Assembly (NCBI RefSeq): GCF_000737315.1
Contig: NZ_JMCB01000013.1
Span: forward strand, 372,001 to 436,000
DNA length: 64,000 nt
Direction of reading: 5' to 3'
Source of the DNA: Hyalangium minutum
Lineage (GTDB): Bacteria > Myxococcota > Myxococcia > Myxococcales > Myxococcaceae
Shown piece after piece: positions 1 through 8,413 of this stretch. The position numbers and the translations under genes were made by a program. The notes under the pieces were generated by a model. The model had not been told where the DNA came from, did not search any database, and saw nothing but the letters and a program-made list of their open reading frames with translations. Every line of letters starts with the position of its first letter. The first letter of the stretch is position 1.

Positions 1-572
1 GTCACCCGGCAACTCACGGGCTTGTCCTCCGAAGATTCGAGGTCGGGGGAGGGATTGCGATATTCCATCTCGAAGAGCAGCGCGTAGTGACCGGCCGGTA
101 GATCGATCGGATGCACGCTCCCGTAATACATGTCGCAGATCTCGATGCCGCCCTTCGCCGCTTCGAACGGGACGACGATCGCGCGAAACGCCCGAGGCGA
201 GACTCGCAGCGTGTCCGCCGTAGCCACCTCGAAAGGCACGTCCCCGGCGTCTTCGCTCACCCGGAACGACACGTTGCCGCGCCGCCAGGAGAAGCCTTGA
301 CGCATCGCCTGATTCGTCCAGCGGTTGTGCCCGGGCTCAGGCAGCCCGCGTGAGCTAACCGTCACGAGGCTCTGCACGACGCTCACAACGAACTCCGCGA
401 GGATCACGCGCTTCGCCTTCAAACCACGCTTCGAGCGCTTCGCCGCGGAGGTCCTCCTCACTGCAGCATCCTTCTTCCTTGCGGTCTTCTTCGCTCCGAG
501 CGCCTTTGTGTCCTTCCTCGTCCCGGCGTTCTTCCCCGGCCTTGTCGCGACCTTCTTCTTCCGGGTGGCCAT
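1..572 (-). CDS. ComJ-like (competence protein J family, putative immunity) protein with Lys/Arg-rich N-terminal extension; runs off the window start
   Basis: Not in the ORF track (truncated). Manual translation from ATG at 572 (RBS-like GAGGGGAG upstream) is open to position 3: MATRKKKVATRPGKNAGTRKDTKALGAKK...WTNQAMRQGFSWRRGNVSFR...FRAIVVPFE...IDLPAGHYALLFE, resembling the ComJ family as I recall it. Confidence 0.7.
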   Translation of the reverse strand, partial: MATRKKKVATRPGKNAGTRKDTKALGAKKTARKKDAAVRRTSAAKRSKRGLKAKRVILAEFVVSVVQSLVTVSSRGLPEPGHNRWTNQAMRQGFSWRRGNVSFRVSEDAGDVPFEVATADTLRVSPRAFRAIVVPFEAAKGGIEICDMYYGSVHPIDLPAGHYALLFEMEYRNPSPDLESSEDKPVSCRV

Positions 573-699
573 GTGCTCCCCTCTCGTTCGCCAGCAACGT
601 GGCGAGATTGTCCGCCACCGCCTCATACAGCACTGGCCCCTCCGGCTGCCTGCGCCGGTATTTCCACCCGTACCTCGCGCTCGCCAGAAGCTCCTAGCG

Positions 700-725
700 G
701 CGGGTTCGATTCCCGCCGCCTCCAC
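700..725 (+). mobile_element. Duplicated 3' end of tmRNA (ssrA): probable attR of an element integrated upstream
   Basis: GCGGG-TTCGATT-CCCGC T-arm followed by CGCCTCC-A-C acceptor strand (U70/A73 alanine identity, as in tmRNA 3' ends). No 5' half, D arm or anticodon arm upstream. Confidence 0.75.
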
Positions 726-739
726 GCCGTATCTCTCGG

Positions 740-774
740 AGCGCCCCCCATTTTCCGGGAGACTGGGGAGCGCT
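740..774 (+). terminator. GC-rich hairpin downstream of the ssrA 3' fragment
   Basis: AGCGC(C)CCCCA ... TGGGG(A)GCGCT stem with one mismatch; no clear U-tract. Confidence 0.4.
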
Positions 775-839
775 GAGGCGACGGCTCGGCTGCTCCCGCT
801 GGGCTGGGCCAAGCAGGCTGGCCCTGCTTCCTCGTCAGC

Positions 840-2300
840 TCAATAGCAGAGGTAGTTGTCGTTCCAGGCATCCGGATCCGAGGGCTCGTTCCACTGCACG
901 CAAGTCTTCCCTTGCACGGGCCCTACAGCAGACCACTGGAAGTTGAGGTTGCTGGTGTTCGGGACGCAGACGTAATTGTCGTTCCAGGTGTGCGGATCCG
1001 AAGGCTCGTTGACGAGCGTGCACTTCATGTTGGCAATGGGTCCAGTGGAGCTGAAGCGGATCCCTTCATCCACCTGAGAGCACAGCCAGTTGTCGTTCCA
1101 GGAGTGTGGGTCGGAGGCCTCCTTGATCTGGTTGCAGAAGTAGCCAGCCACACGGCCCCAGGGAGAGAACACCAGCCGCTGGCTGAAGCACAGGTAGTTG
1201 TTGTCCCACGAATGCGGATCCGATGCCTCGAGCAGCTGCGTGCAGCGCTGGCCGGCGATGGGGCCCACGGAAGACCAGGTGAACTGGACTGGGCTCTCAG
1301 GCGGGACGCACAGGTAATTGTCGTCCCACGTATGGGGATCCGACGTCTCGAGCAGCTGCGTGCAGCGTTGGCCGGCGATGGGGCCCACGGCAGACCACCT
1401 CAGTCCCTGAGGGCTGGCGGAGCAGAGATAGTTGTCGTTCCAGGTGTAGGGGTCGGCGGACTCGGAGAGCTGGGTGCACGCCGACCAGGGACGGGTGCCC
1501 AAGGAGCTGAACTCGAAGGGAGGCACTCCGTACGCGATCCGCAGCCCCTCCAGGTCCAGCGCGCTCAGCGTCGGGCGGCCCCATTCGGCGCAGTAGTTCA
1601 TGGTCGAGTAGGAGTCATACACGGTGATCATCGTCCCATTCTGATGAGTGACGGTATTGTCGCAGTAACCCGAAGTCCCTGGCTGATTGCCCGGCGAGTC
1701 CTGCTCGTGGAAGAACCCGAGTGCATGACCGAACTCGTGGAGGGCGACCCCCCGGATGCAGTACTCCCGGTCATCGCCCGGGAAGTTGTCCCACCAGTCG
1801 CTGCACGCCGTGCTCCAACTGTTGAAGTTGAAGTTGAGCCACATGCTCGGGTTGAGGTTGGTGCGGCCGACGTAGGCTCTGGGAGTGCTCTCGTCCACCT
1901 GGATGCGGATGGCGAAGGGGGGCGTGCTCGCATTGCACGGGCCCCAGCCGGTGAAGCGAACACTGCTCCACATATCCCACTGGGACTCCACGGTCTCCCG
2001 CACCCAGCCTTTCTCGGTGTCCATGCCTGCGGTGAGCCAGCATACGGGCACGTCGGTCAAGCCCTCCGGGCTCGTGAGCCAGTAGCTGGCGGGATTGCCA
2101 TACAGACGCTGTTGCTGAGTGCCGACCGCCAGCAGCTCTCCGTCTGGTAATGCCTCGGGGGGAGCTTCGCAGGCGAAGAGGAGAACAGACAGGAGGGGAA
2201 GCTTCAGGAAGAGAGACGCACGGTAACCTTCAGGATGCATGGAATGACCTCTGCTCAGAACGAGGGGTGAGGCTGCTGCTCGTTCAGATGCGAGAGACAT
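840..2300 (-). CDS. Secreted/lipoprotein zinc metalloprotease (metzincin, astacin/M12A-like) with six C-terminal Cys/Trp repeats
   Basis: HEFGHALGFFH zinc motif, STMNY Met-turn, hydrophobic leader with LFAC lipobox (likely start 2240), six repeats of C-x(5-6)-[SA]DPxxWxDN[YW][LV]C. Confidence 0.85.
   Translation of the reverse strand: MSLASERAAASPLVLSRGHSMHPEGYRASLFLKLPLLSVLLFACEAPPEALPDGELLAVGTQQQRLYGNPASYWLTSPEGLTDVPVCWLTAGMDTEKGWVRETVESQWDMWSSVRFTGWGPCNASTPPFAIRIQVDESTPRAYVGRTNLNPSMWLNFNFNSWSTACSDWWDNFPGDDREYCIRGVALHEFGHALGFFHEQDSPGNQPGTSGYCDNTVTHQNGTMITVYDSYSTMNYCAEWGRPTLSALDLEGLRIAYGVPPFEFSSLGTRPWSACTQLSESADPYTWNDNYLCSASPQGLRWSAVGPIAGQRCTQLLETSDPHTWDDNYLCVPPESPVQFTWSSVGPIAGQRCTQLLEASDPHSWDNNYLCFSQRLVFSPWGRVAGYFCNQIKEASDPHSWNDNWLCSQVDEGIRFSSTGPIANMKCTLVNEPSDPHTWNDNYVCVPNTSNLNFQWSAVGPVQGKTCVQWNEPSDPDAWNDNYLCY
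843..1490 (-). repeat. Six 35-41 aa coding repeats (..GP....C....E.SDPH.W.DNYLC)
   Basis: Visible in the translation; repeats 2 and 3 share a nearly identical ~48-bp DNA stretch 120 bp apart (about 1230-1277 and 1350-1397). Confidence 0.9.
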
Positions 2301-2462
2301 TCACACAGGCCGCGAGTGGGCACTGTGAGGCCAATGACACCCCGAAGGTGAAGCCGGTCACATCCAGCCGCTGACAGCAGCGGCGGCTCCCAGGTCAGGG
2401 TTGGGCCTGGCACCAGGTCCCTTGCCGGTTCACTCTACCGGCTCACGGCTGGCACTCGGCCA

Positions 2463-3452
2463 TCAGTTCTCGTCTGTGCAGCGGCCGCAGTCGGCCTCGC
2501 AGCTGTCAGGGATGGAGCCTCGGCCACAGGACTCGGTGAACTGGCAGACGCCGTCACCGCACCGGTAGATGGCATGCTGGGAGATCCGGGTCGTCAGCGG
2601 CTTGTACGTCACCCCATTGTACGTGCACGACACATAGAGGCCTCCGAGGAGGAACGGCTCGCAGAGCTGATCACAGCGGCCCGCATCGACGATGGGCGGG
2701 CACGCGTTGCCTCCGCTGGAGAAGGCACAGGCCCGGGAGGAACTCTCGGTGCTCTGCAGCCGGGGCCCATCGGATCCGGCGAAGACCCCCTCACCGTTGA
2801 AGAGGTTGCCGAAGAAGCAGCCCTCCTGGCGGGTGTAGCGCAGCAGCTCGTCCAGCGTGACGGGGATGTACTGCCCCGTCGCCGTCTTGCCCAACACGGA
2901 GATGGGCACGGACATGCCGAACTTGTTCACGTGGGCGGCCAGGCAGGCCGAGACGAGTTGCTGCTCCGCGAGGTTCGCGGGCGCTCCGTGAGCCCAGCCC
3001 GGTGCCAGTCCCAGCCCGCCGCTCCAGGTGTAGACGAGCTGCGTCTGAGGATCCCGGTACTGGCGGAACTCGTTGTCGTGAACGGCGCAGCGCACGATGT
3101 ACCGCATCACCATGTCGTTCTGGGCCGGGTTCTGCGTGAACCAGGAGGTGAAGCTGGGCATGGACAGGCCGTTGGCGGAGAGGCCGTTGGCGGACAAGCC
3201 ATTGGCGGATAATCCATTGGCAGACAGGCCATTGGCGGACAGGCCATTGGGCGACATGCCGTTGTCGGCCTCCAGCGGCAGATACCGCGCAGCAAGCGGC
3301 GAAGGCGCTGGCGCTTCGTCGGTGGGTTCCACGGGCCCACAGGCCCATACGGGAGCCATGAGAATCAGGAGGGGAAGGGTCCCCAGAAGCGAGGAAGGGG
3401 AATGGGTGGCCTGCTGGCAGTGCAGGGACTCGTCAGGGTGCATGGATCTCAT
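2463..3452 (-). CDS. Myxobacterial Cys-rich lipoprotein with GLSAN pentapeptide repeats
   Basis: Hydrophobic segment ending VWAC (lipobox-like), (NGLSA)x5, Cys-rich C-terminus. Confidence 0.8.
   Translation of the reverse strand: MRSMHPDESLHCQQATHSPSSLLGTLPLLILMAPVWACGPVEPTDEAPAPSPLAARYLPLEADNGMSPNGLSANGLSANGLSANGLSANGLSANGLSMPSFTSWFTQNPAQNDMVMRYIVRCAVHDNEFRQYRDPQTQLVYTWSGGLGLAPGWAHGAPANLAEQQLVSACLAAHVNKFGMSVPISVLGKTATGQYIPVTLDELLRYTRQEGCFFGNLFNGEGVFAGSDGPRLQSTESSSRACAFSSGGNACPPIVDAGRCDQLCEPFLLGGLYVSCTYNGVTYKPLTTRISQHAIYRCGDGVCQFTESCGRGSIPDSCEADCGRCTDEN
3162..3263 (-). repeat. 15-bp tandem coding repeat, GLSAN x5 plus degenerate flanks
   Basis: Units such as gttggcggagaggcc / attggcggacaggcc repeated in tandem. 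Confidence 0.95.
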
Positions 3453-3644
3453 AGGGGGCGCCTTTCGCTCGAGTTCCAGGCCACATTGGGTTGAAACCGG
3501 TAATCCATGAAATACGCCCTAGGGGCATCCCTGAGTCATTTGATGGCTCGTGGATGAAAGGGGCGTGGACAACCCAACGGAGGAGCCCGTGGGTGTCCGC
3601 TGCTGGATGGGGCGGGAGAGCCCCGGACCCGGTATAGGGGAGGC

Positions 3645-4658
3645 ATGAGATCCTCGTTCCTGCCTGCTACCGCCCGGCTTGCCGCTGGGGTGCTCCTGTT
3701 CGCGCCGCTGTGCTGGGCGGCCGCGGCCGAGGCTCCACCCCGGCTCGAGGACGCCGTGCCGGACAGCTTCGAAGGTGTGGAGCGCGTGGTCGCGGTGGGT
3801 GATGTGCACGGAGACGTGGAGGCGCTCACGGAGGTGCTGCGCCTGGCGGGCCTCATCGATGAGAAGGGGAAGTGGATCGGGGGCAAGGCGCACCTGGTGC
3901 AAACGGGGGACATCGTGGATCGGGCTCCGCGGACCCGGGACTGCTTCGAGCTGCTCATGCGGCTGGAGCAGGAGGCGCTCGCCGCGGGAGGACGTGTCCA
4001 TGCGCTCCTGGGCAACCACGAGGTGATGAACATGCTCGGGGACATCCGGTACGTCGCGCCGGAGGAGCTGGCCTCGTATGCGGACCAGAGCCCGTCACCG
4101 GATGCTCCGGGAGCACCTCGGGGGCTCGCGGGTCACCGTGTGGCCTTTGGCCTCGAGGGCCGCTATGGCCGGTGGCTGCGGCGCCACCCCGCGGTGGTGC
4201 GCATCGATGGGACGCTGTTCATGCACGGAGGGCTCCAGCCGGAGGTGCCGGCGAAGACGCTCGCGGAGCTCAACCGCTGGGTGCGCCAAGATCTCTTCCC
4301 CGGCAATCCGCCGGGAGGCGGCACGGCCCAGGGCGGACCGCTCTGGTTCCGAGGCTACGCACTGGCCCCCGAGGCGCAGTGGGAGGCTCGCCTCACCGAG
4401 GCGCTGAGCCTCTTCGGTGCGAAGCGGATGGTGATGGGGCACACGACCATGAGAGACGGGCGCATCGGGGTGCGGTTCGGAGGCCGGACGCTGTTCATCG
4501 ACACCGGTCTGAGCACGGGCTACGGACGGCACCTCGCGGCCCTGGAGATCCGGGGCGACCGGCTCACCGCGATCTACCCCGAGGGCCGGGTGGAGTTGCT
4601 GACTCCGGCCGTGAAGAGCGCCCCCGTGAAGGCGCCCGGGAAGAAGGTCGCGCGATGA
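3645..4658 (+). CDS. Secreted calcineurin-like metallophosphoesterase (Shelphs-like)
   Basis: GDVHG, GDIVDR, GNHE, HGG and GHT motifs, IDTG; N-terminal signal peptide. Confidence 0.9.
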   Translation: MRSSFLPATARLAAGVLLFAPLCWAAAAEAPPRLEDAVPDSFEGVERVVAVGDVHGDVEALTEVLRLAGLIDEKGKWIGGKAHLVQTGDIVDRAPRTRDCFELLMRLEQEALAAGGRVHALLGNHEVMNMLGDIRYVAPEELASYADQSPSPDAPGAPRGLAGHRVAFGLEGRYGRWLRRHPAVVRIDGTLFMHGGLQPEVPAKTLAELNRWVRQDLFPGNPPGGGTAQGGPLWFRGYALAPEAQWEARLTEALSLFGAKRMVMGHTTMRDGRIGVRFGGRTLFIDTGLSTGYGRHLAALEIRGDRLTAIYPEGRVELLTPAVKSAPVKAPGKKVAR

Positions 4659-5332
4659 GCTTCTACGACGAGCTGGTGCAGGCGCTGGAGAACGATCCCC
4701 CCGAGAGCGTTCAGGACGTGCTCCTCAACGCAGGCTTCCTCTTCGAGAAGGCCGTGCTCGTGGCCACCTCTCAGAATGCGGAGGACCTCGCGCGCTCGAT
4801 GGGCTGGCCTCCCGAGGTGCTCGAACAGGAGGTCTCCGAGGCGGGAGCTCAGCAGCTCCGCGCGGCCCTGATCCGATTCAGCCAGCGATACAGAGGGCAT
4901 CCCTCGGCGGAGCTGGCGGTCTGGGCTCTGAGCAAGTCGCCGGGCGGCGCTGGGGACAGCTCTCGCTCCAAGGCGCTGATGATCCTGGTGGCAGGCCCCT
5001 ATCGCTCCGGGACGAATGATGACCCAGTGAAGATGGCGGCCAACGTCACCGCGATGACGGACGTCGCGCTCCGGCTGTACCGCGCCGGGCATCTGCCCGT
5101 GGTGGGGGAGTGGTTCGCACTGCCCCTCGTGGAAGCAGCGGGCTCTCGGAAGGTGGGCGATGCCCTCTTCAACGAGATCTTCCATCCCATCGCGCATCGG
5201 CTCCTGGAGCGCTGCGATGCCTGCTTGCGCATGGGCGGCGCGTCACAGGGAGCCGATGAGATGGTGCGAACCGCGCAGGGCCAGGGGAAGCCGGTGTTCT
5301 ACCGGCTCGAAGACGTCCCGGGCTGCGCTTGA
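4655..5332 (+). CDS. DUF4406-like (nucleoside deoxyribosyltransferase-like) domain fused to an unknown helical N-terminal domain
   Basis: ATG at 4655 overlaps the upstream stop (ATGA). C-half ILVAGPYRSG...GHLPVVGEWFALP...LLERCDACLRMGGASQGAD resembles DUF4406 proteins. Confidence 0.7.
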   Translation: MSFYDELVQALENDPPESVQDVLLNAGFLFEKAVLVATSQNAEDLARSMGWPPEVLEQEVSEAGAQQLRAALIRFSQRYRGHPSAELAVWALSKSPGGAGDSSRSKALMILVAGPYRSGTNDDPVKMAANVTAMTDVALRLYRAGHLPVVGEWFALPLVEAAGSRKVGDALFNEIFHPIAHRLLERCDACLRMGGASQGADEMVRTAQGQGKPVFYRLEDVPGCA

Positions 5333-5336
5333 GGCC

Positions 5337-5717
5337 TTACGCCCGGCGGTAGCCGCCGTGCCGAGGGGCGGGCACCCACACCCACTGCTCCACCTTCTCG
5401 TAGTGCCCGGGCACCCAGCGGCGCTCGTAGTGGCCCGGCTCGCACTTCTTGATGTAGCGCCGCGACTGATCGCTGCAGCTCTGCGCCACCCACACCTGGT
5501 CGTAGCGGCCTTCCACCCACTTCTTCACCTCCCGGAGCTCGTAGCGGCCGTTCTGGTTGGCCGGGGGCGTGGGGGCCCGGCGGGAGTCGCGGCCGTTGTT
5601 GGAGTTCCAAGCCACGCTGGAGGCGTCGTGCTCGGCCTTGAGGTCAGCCGCCTGAGCCGTGGAACCGAGGAGCATCGCGCCAAGAGCCAGAGAGAAGAGT
5701 CCGAACTTGAGAGCCAT
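5337..5717 (-). CDS. Small secreted protein with WVxG/WVPGHY-type repeats
   Basis: Signal peptide MALKFGLFSLALGAMLLGSTAQA; KWVEGRY, RWVPGHY, QWVWVPAP. Confidence 0.75.
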   Translation of the reverse strand: MALKFGLFSLALGAMLLGSTAQAADLKAEHDASSVAWNSNNGRDSRRAPTPPANQNGRYELREVKKWVEGRYDQVWVAQSCSDQSRRYIKKCEPGHYERRWVPGHYEKVEQWVWVPAPRHGGYRRA

Positions 5718-5814
5718 GTGCAGTTCCTCCGTCGTGCATCGTTGTTGTCCCTTCTGACGGGGGACCTGCAGGGCCATTCATTAAGATATGTTTCCGAAGC
5801 CTGCCCACGCGCTT

Positions 5815-7395
5815 TCAGTCCTGCGCGGACAGCCCGAAGATCTGCCGCAGCCGTCCGAGGATGCGGCCTGCTTCGGGCGTCGTATCCGTTCCGGTGCCAC
5901 CGGCCTCGGCCACCGCGCGCAGCTGGGTGCGCCGCTGGGCCAGCAAGGCCGAGAGCTGCCGCGCCAGGCCTGGATGCGACACGAACATCCGTGCGAACGC
6001 CGGCCGATCCAGCTCCAGCAGCACCGCGTCCTCCACCGCGACCACCGTGGCCGCGCGTGGCTCGCCGGTGAGCAGCGACATCTCGCCGAAGTAGCTGCCC
6101 CGCTTGAGCCGCGTCACCTCGTGGCCCTTTCCGGTGCGCACGGAGACCTCGCCCGAGGCCACCAGGTAGAAGGTGTGGCCCGCCTCGCCCTCCTCGATGA
6201 CGCGCTCGCCCTTGCCGAAGCGGCGCGCCACCAGCTCGCGGCGCAGCTGATCCACCTCCGAAGGGCTGAGCACCGAGAACAGGTCCACCGCGCGCAGCAG
6301 CTCGCCCACCGTCTCCGAGGGGAACTCGGGCTTTACCGTCGGCTCGCTGCGCGTGTGCACCACCCGTTGGGGGAAGGGGATCTCGATGTTCTCGCGCCGC
6401 AGCCGGTACCACAGCCGCGTGTACAGCTCCTCCATGGTGCCATCGGCGTGGGCGAAGTCCGCCACCCAGTAGCGCAGTTGGTAGCGGACGGCCGAGTCCT
6501 CGAAGGCCCAGGTGCGGCACTGCGGCGGAGGCGACTGGAGGAGGGTGGGGACCTCCTTCATGACGTCCAGCACCGTCTCCTTCACCTGGTTGGGCGGGGT
6601 GTCGTGCGAGATCCGCAGGTAGATATCGATGGCGACAGGCTCGTAGGCGAAGGAGAAGTTCTGGACGACTTCCTTGGCCACCTTGCTGTTGGGCAGGGTG
6701 ATGCTCTCGCGGCGCATGGTGATGATGCGCGTGGCTCTCCAGCCGATCTGCATCACCCGGCCCGTGTACTCCCCGATGCGGATGAAGTCCCCTACCTGGT
6801 ACGGACGCTCCAACTGCAGCGACAGGCCCGCGAACAAGTTGCCCAGCGTCTCCTGGAGCGCCAGACCGATGACCACCGACAGCACCGCGGAGGTGGCCAG
6901 CAGGCCCCCGACATCCAGGCTGAGCTGCGACTGCAGAATGGGCAGCGCCGCCAGCCCGTACAGGACGAAGTCGATCACGTCCCGGAGGATCTTCGGCGTC
7001 GCCACCGTCGAGCGCAGGCGGATGACTTTGAGCGCCAGCGACACGCATGTGCGGATGACGCCGAAGGCGAACGTGAGCATCCAGCCCACGTTGACCAGCT
7101 TCTCTATCGAGGTGTGTGCCTCGTGAGGGAGGGCCCACGCCCCAATCCGGAGAACCAGGAACGCGAGCAGGAAGCGGATGGCCCCGCGCAGGTCTCGCCG
7201 GAAATCCTTGTCCCCGCTGGCGGCGTGGAGCCCGAACAGCAGGACCACCAGCACGGCTCCAGCGACCAAGGAGAGATTGCTTTGCAGGAAGGGAAGCAAG
7301 ACGCGGAAACTCTGACCGAGCCGCTCCACGAGGGTCAAGCAGGCGGTTGACGCCCAGGTCGCGACCGGACATACACGCACCATGACGCTGGCCAC
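5815..7395 (-). CDS. MscS-family mechanosensitive channel with C-terminal cyclic-nucleotide-binding domain
   Basis: GLALQETLGNLFAG MscS signature; C-terminal GSYFGEMSLLTGEPRAATV cNMP motif. Start codon uncertain. Confidence 0.9.
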   Translation of the reverse strand: MASVMVRVCPVATWASTACLTLVERLGQSFRVLLPFLQSNLSLVAGAVLVVLLFGLHAASGDKDFRRDLRGAIRFLLAFLVLRIGAWALPHEAHTSIEKLVNVGWMLTFAFGVIRTCVSLALKVIRLRSTVATPKILRDVIDFVLYGLAALPILQSQLSLDVGGLLATSAVLSVVIGLALQETLGNLFAGLSLQLERPYQVGDFIRIGEYTGRVMQIGWRATRIITMRRESITLPNSKVAKEVVQNFSFAYEPVAIDIYLRISHDTPPNQVKETVLDVMKEVPTLLQSPPPQCRTWAFEDSAVRYQLRYWVADFAHADGTMEELYTRLWYRLRRENIEIPFPQRVVHTRSEPTVKPEFPSETVGELLRAVDLFSVLSPSEVDQLRRELVARRFGKGERVIEEGEAGHTFYLVASGEVSVRTGKGHEVTRLKRGSYFGEMSLLTGEPRAATVVAVEDAVLLELDRPAFARMFVSHPGLARQLSALLAQRRTQLRAVAEAGGTGTDTTPEAGRILGRLRQIFGLSAQD

Positions 7396-8413
7396 CGTGG
7401 TCGGACAGCCCCGCGCGATTGATGCACTTCAGGCGGCCCTGCGCAGCGGCGCCGTCCATCACGCTTACTTGTTCGCCGGGCCAGAGGGCGTGGGCAAGGA
7501 GCTTGCCGCGGTAGGGCTCGCTCAAGCGCTCACCTGCCCGGAGCAGCCCGACGTGGGGTGTGGAACCTGTGCGAGCTGCCTGCGCATCGTCAAGGGCACG
7601 CACCCGGACGTGACGTGGGTGATGCCAGACGAGGAGCGGGTGTCGCGAGGGTTGGCGGGGCGCTCGGACTTCACCGGCACGCCCAGCCGCGACATTCGCG
7701 TGGAGCAGATCCGTGGGCTGCAGGAGCGGCTCGCCCTGCACGGCCTGGAGTCCCGGCGCAAGGTGGCCATCATCACCTCCGCGCACCGGATGAACGATCA
7801 GGCGCAGAATGCCTTCCTGAAGACGCTGGAGGAGCCGCCCTCGGACACCACGCTCATCCTCGTGGCGGCGTCGATGGATCGGCTGCTGCCCACCATCCGC
7901 AGCCGCTGCAGCAAGGTGCACTTCGGCCCCCTGCCGGTGGATCTCGTCGCCCAGCGTGTGCAGCAGGAGCGCAAGCTGGATCCGCAGACGGCGGCGCTCG
8001 CGGCTGTCATGGCCGGTGGGAGCCTGGGGCGCGCGCTGAGCCTGGACGTGGAGGGGCTCGCCCAGCGCAAGGAGATCCTCCAGCGCTTCGAGGCGCTGAA
8101 ACCGGATGACGCGTTGCCCGCGCTGCGCTTCGCGGAGGAGTACGGCGGCTCGCGCGAGGATGCCGAGCAGGCATTGGCCATCTTGTCGCTCTGGACGCGG
8201 GATGTGGCGTTGGTGAAGGCGGGCGCCGAGGGACTGGCGAACCTGGATCTGAAAGAGCAGGCGCGAGCAGTGGCGGCCCGGATGTCCGAGACGGAGCTGC
8301 ACCGGCGCACGTGGCTCATCGAGCGGGCCCTGGGGGCCATCGCGCGCAACGGGTCGCCCCGGCTGCAGCTGGAGCGGATGCTGCTGGAGCTGCTGATGCG
8401 GGAGGTCCGGTGA
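7382..8413 (+). CDS. holB: DNA polymerase III delta' subunit
   Basis: HAYLFAGPEGVGK, CGTCASC zinc motif, HPD, AQNAFLKTLEEPP, LLPTIRSRC. Confidence 0.95.
   Translation: MTLATVVGQPRAIDALQAALRSGAVHHAYLFAGPEGVGKELAAVGLAQALTCPEQPDVGCGTCASCLRIVKGTHPDVTWVMPDEERVSRGLAGRSDFTGTPSRDIRVEQIRGLQERLALHGLESRRKVAIITSAHRMNDQAQNAFLKTLEEPPSDTTLILVAASMDRLLPTIRSRCSKVHFGPLPVDLVAQRVQQERKLDPQTAALAAVMAGGSLGRALSLDVEGLAQRKEILQRFEALKPDDALPALRFAEEYGGSREDAEQALAILSLWTRDVALVKAGAEGLANLDLKEQARAVAARMSETELHRRTWLIERALGAIARNGSPRLQLERMLLELLMREVR

Noticed and set aside
690-730. Complete tRNA or tmRNA gene
   Set aside because: Only the T-arm and acceptor 3' strand are present; upstream sequence cannot form the 5' acceptor strand or other arms.
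111-846. Plus-strand ORFs 111-353 and 325-846 and minus ORF 355-633
   Set aside because: Shadows of the minus-strand ComJ-like gene starting at 572, which has an RBS and recognisable motifs.
3872-4654. N-terminal 261 aa of the 3872-5332 ORF
   Set aside because: Off-frame overlap with the phosphoesterase; the real start is the ATG at 4655.
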